NCBI GenBank assembly: GCA_965213925.1
Contig: OZ243927.1
Span: 160,001 to 224,000 of the forward strand
From: Trueperaceae bacterium
GTDB taxonomy: Bacteria; Deinococcota; Deinococci; Deinococcales; Trueperaceae
DNA: 64,000 nt
Reading direction: 5' to 3'
Position 1 is the stretch's first letter. The number at the start of each line of letters is the position of its first letter. Shown one piece after another: positions 51,385-59,474 of the stretch. A program made the position numbers and the translations under genes. The notes under the pieces were generated by a model. That model had not been told where the DNA came from and made no database searches. It saw only the letters and a program-made list of their open reading frames with translations.

Positions 51385-51780
51385 GTGGACGCCCTCGAAC
51401 TCCAACTCTCGCCCGACGCGCAAGTTGCTTTAGAAGCGCGCGCAACCGCCCATGCCCGCTCTTTGGAGGAGGAAGCGCGCGCCCTCCTCGAAGCAGCGCT
51501 CGCGGTCGAGACGCCCAACGACGTTCAGCTCGAGCAACTCACTGTTTTAGACGACGCTCAACTGTGGCAAGTTGCCAAGCAGCGTGTCGCAGACGAGCAG
51601 AGCGAACGGATGCAGGCGCTCGTCGAACGGCGGCAGCGCGAAGGTCTCACGCCCGAGGAAGCTACCGAAGCGCTGCGCTTACAGCGCTACGCCCAACAGG
51701 TGATGCGCTTGCGGGCTGAAGCGGCAGCGCTACTTAAGCGCCGGGGGCACGAGGTCGACAGCCTGCTCACCTCTTCTTAA
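51385..51780 (+). CDS. Putative antitoxin (RHH-like N-terminus) upstream of HNH gene
   Basis: LEARATAHARSLEEEARALL; LDDAQLW..RLRAEAAALLKRRGH. Confidence 0.65.
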   Translation: MDALELQLSPDAQVALEARATAHARSLEEEARALLEAALAVETPNDVQLEQLTVLDDAQLWQVAKQRVADEQSERMQALVERRQREGLTPEEATEALRLQRYAQQVMRLRAEAAALLKRRGHEVDSLLTSS

Positions 51781-51789
51781 CCTCAATAG

Positions 51790-52218
51790 GTGTCGAAAAC
51801 CAAGCTATCCCTCGCTCTACGTCGCGAAGTGGCGGCGCATTTCAACTTCCGCTGCGCCTATTGTCAAACCCAGGAAGCGGTAGCAGGGATGCGCTTTATG
51901 GTGGATCACATCATCCCAGAGGTTCTCGGAGGCAGCAGCGATACCGCGAACCTCTGCCTCGCCTGCTGGGACTGCAACCTCGCTAAGGGGCAGCGGGTCG
52001 CCGCGACCGACCCGAACACAGCTCAGCTCGTCCCGCTCTATCATCCGCGCCAACAAGTATGGCGTGAGCACTTCGAGTGGGTGGAGACAGGGCTGAATAT
52101 TGCGGGTAAGACAGCGAGCGGCAGGGCAACAGTTGAAGCCTTAACGCTCAACCGTGAGGCCCTGGTGCAAGCGAGGCGGCTCTGGATTGAGGTGGGCTGG
52201 CACCCGCCTAACGCGTAG
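51790..52218 (+). CDS. HNH endonuclease
   Basis: RCAYC, VDHIIP..GG..NLCLACWDCN, LYHPRQQVWREHF, GRATVEAL. Confidence 0.9.
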   Translation: MSKTKLSLALRREVAAHFNFRCAYCQTQEAVAGMRFMVDHIIPEVLGGSSDTANLCLACWDCNLAKGQRVAATDPNTAQLVPLYHPRQQVWREHFEWVETGLNIAGKTASGRATVEALTLNREALVQARRLWIEVGWHPPNA

Positions 52219-52236
52219 CACTGCTGTGCAGCGAAC

Positions 52237-52257
52237 GCGCGCAACTCGCACAGAAGG
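52237..52257 (+). repeat. 21-bp repeat family C, copy 2
   Basis: GCGCGCAACTCGCACAGAAGG (1 mismatch to copy 1). Confidence 0.8.
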
Positions 52258-52339
52258 CTTTAGGGAAAGGCCCGTTCTGCGACTTAAAATTTTTTTATTC
52301 TTTACGCTCATACTTTAAGTGTGCCGCAGCCCGGACAGA

Positions 52340-52565
52340 CCGCCTTCTGGTTCGCTCACAAGCCAGGCGGCATTGAAACACTCCGCTCCGACTCCTTCGA
52401 CCCAGCCTACCTCAAGCACATGCACATCACCTCGCTGTCGGGGTAGTGGACACGGACGTGGTCGTCAACACCAAGCCGGGGCGAAAAGAGTTGTCTCCCC
52501 GCGAACAGCGTGCACTTCTTAAATCACAGCGAGGTCCACAGGGACTACGCGCCCGAAGATGTACT
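52340..52565 (+). pseudogene. Possible AraC ligand-binding domain remnant
   Basis: GGIETLRS..YLKHMH../RGEKSCLPANSVHFLNHSEVH. Confidence 0.35.
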
Positions 52566-52697
52566 TATCAGCTACTGCCCCTTCTACCCAAGCGAGGCCA
52601 AACAGACAGCTCACGTTCACATCACGCTCAGATAACGCCCGCTTTTCTACTTTAGAGATGGCAGAACTTCAAGTAGCTGCCAGAAACGGAGAAAGCG

Positions 52698-53603
52698 ATG
52701 AAAAAGCAAGGCGTCACCATCCTAGTGCTCATATTGGCGTGGGGTTCGCTTGCCCTCGCCCAGACCCCCGACGAGGAGATGAGACAAATTAAGGGTGAGT
52801 ATCGAGCGCTCATCACCGCACAGCAACCTTCTAGCGGCGACCTTAGCGAAGACGAAGAGATGAGAGAGATTAAGCGCGCGTACAGAGCCTTCAGACTCGA
52901 GCAGCAGACCGAAGCGCTCTCGAGAACCCTCGAGCTAAGCTTCGTCAACCATTTACAAGCAGGCATGGCCGCCGAACAAGACGTTCACCTCGAGCATGAG
53001 GGTGTGGGCGGCGTGTTTCGGGTTACAGCTGAAGACACTGACATGGTCACGATGCTCTACGCCGCTGCTGATGGCAAACACCACGACCCGACCAACCCGG
53101 ACGCGGTCGGACCCTTCTCCAAAGGCGTTCCTTTGGGCGTAAAGTTGGGTGATTGGCTGGCGGGCAGCGGCGAAGCTGAGGTCACGTGTCGTGACGGCTC
53201 GGCCACCATCAGCGCGAGCTTTCAACAGCTGGTTCCTAACGGCGTCTATACGCTCTGGTACTCGTTTATCGCCCTGCCGCCCACCTCACCCCTGAGCGTC
53301 ATGAACTTGCCTTTAGGCACCCGGGACGGCTCACAGAACGGCTTTGTCGCAGATGAAAACGGCAACGCGGTCTACGCGCTCGAGCTTGCCCCCTGTTTGC
53401 AGTTATCCACCGACCAGGTGGGCACGATGCTCGCGCTCAACTACCACAGCGACGGCAGAACCTACGGATTTGACCCCGGACAATTCGGCTACAACGCGCA
53501 CGTTCAACTCTTTGCGCTGCTCCCGGTTGATGAGGCGGGGGTAGCTGACGTAGAAAAGGACAACGCAAAGAGGAGTAAGCAAAACGAGTCCTACGCTTAT
53601 TGA
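52698..53603 (+). CDS. Secreted hypothetical protein
   Basis: Signal peptide ending ALA-Q; LVPNGVYTLW, YHSDGRTYG motifs. Confidence 0.75.
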   Translation: MKKQGVTILVLILAWGSLALAQTPDEEMRQIKGEYRALITAQQPSSGDLSEDEEMREIKRAYRAFRLEQQTEALSRTLELSFVNHLQAGMAAEQDVHLEHEGVGGVFRVTAEDTDMVTMLYAAADGKHHDPTNPDAVGPFSKGVPLGVKLGDWLAGSGEAEVTCRDGSATISASFQQLVPNGVYTLWYSFIALPPTSPLSVMNLPLGTRDGSQNGFVADENGNAVYALELAPCLQLSTDQVGTMLALNYHSDGRTYGFDPGQFGYNAHVQLFALLPVDEAGVADVEKDNAKRSKQNESYAY

Positions 53604-53704
53604 TACGAGGTTGCACGACATAGTTTGCAAACTATGTCGTGCCCATCTGTGATGGTAAGCTCTGACGCTCTCGGTAAGGAGAAGTAAACCGTGCAATTCC
53701 GTAT
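53603..53704 (-). repeat. ~103-bp MITE-like family A, copy 3
   Basis: Reverse complement of 29193/32303 family. Confidence 0.88.
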
Positions 53705-53883
53705 GACTAGGAACTTGCAACGCTTTCTCTACCCTTACATCGGCGGAAACCCCTGAAACGAAGCACTCAAAAACATAGATAAAGCGCCGCTAAAGGAGGA
53801 TGGCACACTTTCAAACTCACTATGAGTGCTGCAAGGGCTGACCGGACTATCACCGGAAAGAAGTCCTACTCATCCCGTCTTTA

Positions 53884-54040
53884 ATACATTGTTAGCAAAA
53901 TAATGACCCATGTCATTCTGAGCGTAGCGAAAGAATCTCTGCATTCGCCTCCACTTCTGATAGGGATTGCGAAACGAGACCCTTACGCCTTCGGCTCAGG
54001 GTGACATGTAAGAGGTATCAAAACTAAGTTGACAGTGTAT
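53884..54040. repeat. MITE/REP-like element family B, copy 2
   Basis: ATACATTGTTAGC..GTCATTCTGAGC..AAGAATCTC..GAGACCCTT..GCTCAGGGTGAC..GTTGACAGTGTAT. Confidence 0.7.
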
Positions 54041-54093
54041 TGATCTTGGTAATAGAACTCGTGAAACGGTCTGAAGACCGAAAGGAGTAGGTT

Positions 54094-55254
54094 ATGGACA
54101 AACGAGAGGTTTCACGCCGAACGCTATTAAAGGGTGGTGCAGCGCTCGCTGGGTTAAGGTTCTGGCGCGCACCTTGGTTGGCACACGCCTTTCAAGCGCA
54201 GCCGGGCGAGGAGGTCATCCCCTGGCTCGACCAGCCCGCTGAAAACCCGGTGCCAGAGGTCGCCGCCAATCTGCTCGAGTGGGAGAAGCTGGACGCTTGG
54301 GTTACCCCCAACCGCGACTTTTTCTCGGTGTCACACTTCGGTCGGCAGGTCGTTGACGAGAGCGACTGGCAGTTGGAGGTCACGGGACGGGTCGAGCGTC
54401 CCATGAGTCTGACGCTTGACGACCTCAAAGCGCGGCCCCGGCAAGAGGTGGACTTTACCCTCGAGTGTTCAGGCAATACTGGCCTCCCCTTTCTCATCGG
54501 CGCGGTCGGCAACGCGAGATGGACCGGCACGCCGCTCGCCCCCTTGCTCGAGGAAGCGGGCGTTCAAGAGGACGGTATCGAGGTGGTGTTTTGGGGCAGC
54601 GACGTCGGCGACGTCACCGTGCGCGACATCCCTATGTCGGTCAACTTCGCGCGCAGCATGTCACTTGAGGACGCCATGAGCCCGGACAACCTGCTCGTGT
54701 ATGAGATGAACGGCGCACCGCTACCCGAGCCCAACGGTTTTCCGCTGAGGCTTATCGCGCCGGGCTGGTACGGCATCGCCAACGTGAAGTGGCTTAAACG
54801 CATCGAAGTGCGGCCCAGCCGCTACATGGGTCACTTCATGGCGCGCGAGTATGTGACCATTCGCCAAGAGGAGCAAAAGGGTGAGATGGTCTGGCTCGAG
54901 ACCTCGGTCGAACGAGCGCTGCTCAAGTCCGTGCCCGCCAAGGTCACGCGCAGTAATAATCAGTACCAGATTATGGGCGCGGCCTGGGGTGCACCTATCC
55001 AAAGCGTCGAAGTGCAAATCGACGGCGGACCCTGGCAGCCTGCACAACTTGGTGAGGGGCAGGGCGACGAGTTTACCTGGACGTTCTGGAGTCTGGATTG
55101 GGAGGACCCCGCACCAGGGGAGCACGACATCAGCTCGAGGGCGATTGACGCCCAAGGGAATGTTCAACCCGCGATGGACGACCCTTCGATTGCCAATAAG
55201 TACACCTATTGGGAGAGCAATGGGCAGGTGACGCGGCGCGTACGTATCGCTTGA
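54094..55254 (+). CDS. Tat-exported sulfite oxidase-family molybdoenzyme
   Basis: SRRTLLK Tat motif; LECSGN, GNARWTG, GFPLRLIAPGWYGIANVKWL. Confidence 0.9.
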   Translation: MDKREVSRRTLLKGGAALAGLRFWRAPWLAHAFQAQPGEEVIPWLDQPAENPVPEVAANLLEWEKLDAWVTPNRDFFSVSHFGRQVVDESDWQLEVTGRVERPMSLTLDDLKARPRQEVDFTLECSGNTGLPFLIGAVGNARWTGTPLAPLLEEAGVQEDGIEVVFWGSDVGDVTVRDIPMSVNFARSMSLEDAMSPDNLLVYEMNGAPLPEPNGFPLRLIAPGWYGIANVKWLKRIEVRPSRYMGHFMAREYVTIRQEEQKGEMVWLETSVERALLKSVPAKVTRSNNQYQIMGAAWGAPIQSVEVQIDGGPWQPAQLGEGQGDEFTWTFWSLDWEDPAPGEHDISSRAIDAQGNVQPAMDDPSIANKYTYWESNGQVTRRVRIA

Positions 55255-55511
55255 GGGGAGCATATGGAGAACCAACGGGCGCATTCGCGCAGAAACCTAC
55301 GGAGTACTAGGTCACAGTGCCACACCAAGAAAGCAAGGAGGGGTTGCAATGGTGCAAAGAGACAGATTCAGGCGAGCATTGATCCATCTCTGGTAAGAGC
55401 TTTTCAAGTGGCAAAAGCGCGCTTAGCAGGTGGCGAAGGCCAATAGACAGCGATACTGTAAATAACGGAGCAAGGTGTATCCTGCCCTCGCTCCAGGGTC
55501 TACAATGGAAC

Positions 55512-58500
55512 ATGGTGTCCCAGGTCACGCTGCTGGGCCGAGCCGCTATCTTTGCGCAAACAGAGCGGCTCGAGCCCCCTCATGGCAAGCTCACGGCGCT
55601 CCTCTATTACCTCGCTTATCAAGGAGATTGGGTCAGCCGGGACGACCTCGTATACTTGTTTTACCCCGACACCTTAGAGCACAAAGCCAAGCAGAACTTG
55701 AGAACCTTGCTGACCACGCTGCGGCGGCTCGATTACGCGGCGAGGCTCGAGACAGAGCCGACCCGCCTGCGCTGGAACGTGCAAACGGACGTTCAGGCGT
55801 TTAGGGACGCGCTCGAAAAGAACCGCCCTGCGCAAGCGGTCACACTTTACCGAGGGGTGTTGCTGGAAGACTTCAGCCTCGCTACCGCGCCCGAGTTTGA
55901 AAGCTGGTTGGCGTTTGAGCGTGCCGAGTTGGGGCGGCGGTGGCGCAGGGCGGCGCTCGAGCTGGCCTCGAGCTTTGAAAGAGACGCGCGTTACCCGCAA
56001 GCCGCCGACCTGTTAGAGCGCCTACACCGGGACGATCCTTTCGACGAAGAGGTGTTGAGGCGGTATCTCACGGCGCTGACCTTGGCCGCTCGAGCCTCCG
56101 AAGCACTTCAAACCTTCGAAACGTTCACGGCTACCTTGAAACGCGATGTTGAAGGCGACCCCGAGGCGGCCACGCTCCAGCTGATAGAGAGCATCCGTCA
56201 GGGACAACGCCCGAGCTTCGCTGCTGAGACGGCGGTGCGAATTAGTGCTAACATGCAGAGGTCACACCTGAAGATACCCAACCCGACAACAGCCTTTATC
56301 GGACGCGAAACGGATATCGCTAAGCTTTCTGAAAGGCTTCGAGACCCCGCCTGCCGCCTGCTGAGTATTGTTGCCCCCGGCGGCATGGGCAAAACGCGGC
56401 TGGCGCTCGAGGTCGGTAAGCGTCTCGCTCCCGGCTTTTCCAGCGGCGTCTGCTTCGTCCCTTTCGATGCGGTCAGCTCGCCCGAGTTGATGGTGTCCGC
56501 CGTCGCTGACGCGCTCTCGTTCACCTTTTTCGGTCCACAACAGCCTGAGGAACAACTACTCGAGTATCTACAAAGTCAGAGCCTGCTGCTGGTACTGGAC
56601 AACCTCGAGCATCTGCTAAATGATTTGGATTTGGTCACAAAGCTGCTGGAGCGAGCCCCCAAGCTCAAGCTGCTGGTGACCTCGCGCGAACGCCTGAACT
56701 TGCACGCCGAATGGCTTTACGACTTAGCAGGCATGAACGTACCCGAGACGGACAACACGGCTCGAGACGGCAACGTTCAAGAAACCGACGCCGTGGCGCT
56801 TTTTGTGCAGAGCGCTAAGCAGGCTCGAGCCGATTTCACCCTGGATAGTAACGCCCAAGCCGTCGCCCGCATCTGTCAGTTGGTCGGCGGGATGCCTTTA
56901 GCGCTCGAGCTAGCTGCGAGCTGGCTGCGCGTTTTGAGCGCGGACGAAATTGCGGCGGAACTGGATCAAGGTCTTGACCTGCTCGAGTCGTCCCTGCGCG
57001 ATCTGCCCGCGCGCCATCACGACGTGCGCCGGGTGTTTGAAAGCTCCTGGCAACGCCTCTCGGCGGGTGAGCAAACGGCTTTACGCAAGCTCTCGGTTTT
57101 TCAGGGGGGCTTTACCAAAGAGGCCGCTGGGGAGGTTGCCGAGGTGAGCCTGCCGCTCCTGCTCGCTTTGAGCAACAAGTCGTTTGTGCGCCTCGAGGCT
57201 TCGGGGCGTTTTACGCAGCATCCTTTGATGTGGCAGTACGTGCGGGAAAAAGCCGAGAGTGAGACTGAGAGCTTTGCGCAAACGCAGGAAGAGCACGCGG
57301 GCTACTTCGCCGCCTTTATGTATGAGCGAGAAGCCTTGCACCAAAGTATGGCAGCCAAGTCGGTCCGCGCCGAACTCGAGAAAGATATCGCCAACATTCG
57401 AGCAGCGTGGTTTTGGGCTGCCGACCATGCCCGCGAAGACCTATTGAGCCAGATCAGTGAGGGCTTGCTCGAGCTTTACAGCTACACAAGGCGTTACCAC
57501 GAGGGCGAAGTCTTATTTGCCTACGCTGTCAACCAACTGCAAAGCCGGAGCGTCGTTCACGGGCGCATACTGCGAAACCTGGGCTACTTACACAACTGGC
57601 AAACCGATTACCTCAAAGGTGCTGAGATTCTCGAGCAAAGCGCCGCCATCTTCCAAAAGCACCGAGCGACCTTTGATGAGGCGTTGGCGCTCGAATATCT
57701 CGCACTCAGCCACGAATACACGTTTAGACCTAGTCACGAAACCGAGGCCGTCTGGCACAGGTGCGTTAAACTTTTTCGGGAGGTCGGAGACACTTACCGT
57801 GAAGCCAGGGCGCTCGTAAATATCTCCCTATACTGCCGGGTTCCCCTGGAAAGAGAGACCCATTTGCGGGAAAGTATCCGGCTCTTTCGGGAGGTTGAAA
57901 GCTATTTCTTCGGGCTCACCCTCGGCCTCAGCAATTTAGCAGGCTACTTGGCTCAAACGCACGGAGCGTACCAAGACGCCTGCGAACACCTGAGCGAAGC
58001 CGTCAGCATCGAACGGGTGCGAGAGATGATGCCCTTTCGTTTGGCGTGGTGGCTCAATTTGCAGGGCAGGGTGCAGAGCTATCGGGGGAACTTTGAGGAA
58101 GCGTCGGCGTGTCACCAAGAGGCGCGGAGCATCGGCGAGACGCTCGAGCCGGGCTTTGGCGCGTGGGAACTTGACCACGCGCTTTGGGGGCTAGGGCGGC
58201 TGGCGTTCTTGCGTGGTGAACTCGGTGAGGCGGCGCGGTACTTGAACGAGGCGCTCGAGCTAAACCTTCGTCACCCCGACCCGTTCGGTCTGAGAACCGA
58301 CATCCTGCAAGCACAGGCGGCTATAGCGCTCAAAGAGAACCGCTTTGATAACGCAGCCGAACTGAGCCGAGCAGCTTGGGGGCATTTCAAAGCGCACAAG
58401 CGTGAAACCTATGAACACGCTTGGATAGACAGTTTTTGCCGCTGTCAACTCGGCGAGATTGCTTTTGCCAACGGCGACGTGGCGGAGGCTGCCGAGTATT

Positions 58501-58778
58501 TCCGGCAGGCTTTGAATCTTGTCCAGGAATGGCATTTGCTACCCGCGGCGCTCCACCTGCTCGTGAACTTTGCTGACCTACAGAGGGACGAAGGGCGTGC
58601 GGTCCGTCTCCTTCAGCTTGTCGTAAACCATCCCGCCAGTATGTTCGAGACCCGCGAAGCGGCGCGGCGTAGGCTCGAGGGGTTCACTCTGACCGGTTTA
58701 GACCAAAGCCTCGAGCCCGTCAGCGTCCCCGTTTTGAATGCGGTGGTTAGGGAAATCCTCTCGAGCACGCGGGGTTAG
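55512..58778 (+). CDS. AfsR/SARP-like regulator: HTH-BTAD + NB-ARC-type ATPase + TPR
   Basis: ALLYYLA, LYRGVLLE..FESWL, PGGMGKTRLA, LLVLDNLEH, GMPLALELAA; C-terminal helical repeats. Confidence 0.88.
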   Translation: MVSQVTLLGRAAIFAQTERLEPPHGKLTALLYYLAYQGDWVSRDDLVYLFYPDTLEHKAKQNLRTLLTTLRRLDYAARLETEPTRLRWNVQTDVQAFRDALEKNRPAQAVTLYRGVLLEDFSLATAPEFESWLAFERAELGRRWRRAALELASSFERDARYPQAADLLERLHRDDPFDEEVLRRYLTALTLAARASEALQTFETFTATLKRDVEGDPEAATLQLIESIRQGQRPSFAAETAVRISANMQRSHLKIPNPTTAFIGRETDIAKLSERLRDPACRLLSIVAPGGMGKTRLALEVGKRLAPGFSSGVCFVPFDAVSSPELMVSAVADALSFTFFGPQQPEEQLLEYLQSQSLLLVLDNLEHLLNDLDLVTKLLERAPKLKLLVTSRERLNLHAEWLYDLAGMNVPETDNTARDGNVQETDAVALFVQSAKQARADFTLDSNAQAVARICQLVGGMPLALELAASWLRVLSADEIAAELDQGLDLLESSLRDLPARHHDVRRVFESSWQRLSAGEQTALRKLSVFQGGFTKEAAGEVAEVSLPLLLALSNKSFVRLEASGRFTQHPLMWQYVREKAESETESFAQTQEEHAGYFAAFMYEREALHQSMAAKSVRAELEKDIANIRAAWFWAADHAREDLLSQISEGLLELYSYTRRYHEGEVLFAYAVNQLQSRSVVHGRILRNLGYLHNWQTDYLKGAEILEQSAAIFQKHRATFDEALALEYLALSHEYTFRPSHETEAVWHRCVKLFREVGDTYREARALVNISLYCRVPLERETHLRESIRLFREVESYFFGLTLGLSNLAGYLAQTHGAYQDACEHLSEAVSIERVREMMPFRLAWWLNLQGRVQSYRGNFEEASACHQEARSIGETLEPGFGAWELDHALWGLGRLAFLRGELGEAARYLNEALELNLRHPDPFGLRTDILQAQAAIALKENRFDNAAELSRAAWGHFKAHKRETYEHAWIDSFCRCQLGEIAFANGDVAEAAEYFRQALNLVQEWHLLPAALHLLVNFADLQRDEGRAVRLLQLVVNHPASMFETREAARRRLEGFTLTGLDQSLEPVSVPVLNAVVREILSSTRG

Positions 58779-58779
58779 C

Positions 58780-59421
58780 CAAGCCGCAGGTCAGGAGGTG
58801 GCGGGGTCTCTGGAGGACGGCTTCTTTGTCCAAGTGGACGTCACGCAAGCCGACTCCGTTCAAGCGATGGTAGAAGCCGCTAAGGAACACTACGGACAAC
58901 TCGGTATCTTAGTCAACAACGCCGGTATCGACGGCGACCAAGCGCCGACCGCCGAGACGTCGTTAGAAAACTGGCACCGCGTCATCGACATCGACCTGCA
59001 CGGCGTCTTCTACGGCATGAAGTATAGTATCCAAGCGATGAAGGCGCGGGGTGAAGGGGGCGTCGTCATCAACATGGGCTCAACAGCAGGCTTGGTCGGC
59101 TTCGAAGCTATTCCCCCCTACACCGCTTCTAAAGCCGCTGTGATTCGCCTCGCCAAGGCTGCCTCGCTCGAGTACGCCAAGGACAACATCCGCTGCTACG
59201 CCATCTGCCCCGCTGTTGTCCTCACGCCTCTAGTCGAACACTTTATCGAATCCTCACCCGACCCGGAGGAGCGCCGCGCCATGTTCGAAAACATGAACCC
59301 GGTGCCGGGCATGGCTACGCCTGAAGACGTCGCCAACACTGCGCTGTTTCTCGCCAGTGAGGAGGCGCGTTACTTGACCGGCGTCGTCGTGCCTGTGGAC
59401 GGCGGCTACACCGTGCAGTAA
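58780..59421 (+). pseudogene. SDR oxidoreductase lacking the N-terminal Gly-rich motif
   Basis: LVNNAGI, YTASK, VDGGY present; TGxxxGIG absent; starts right after the AfsR stop. Confidence 0.8.
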
Positions 59422-59474
59422 GGTTTCGCGAAATTGTAAGACGTTTGTAAGAGAGCGCGTGCTACCTTGGTCCG

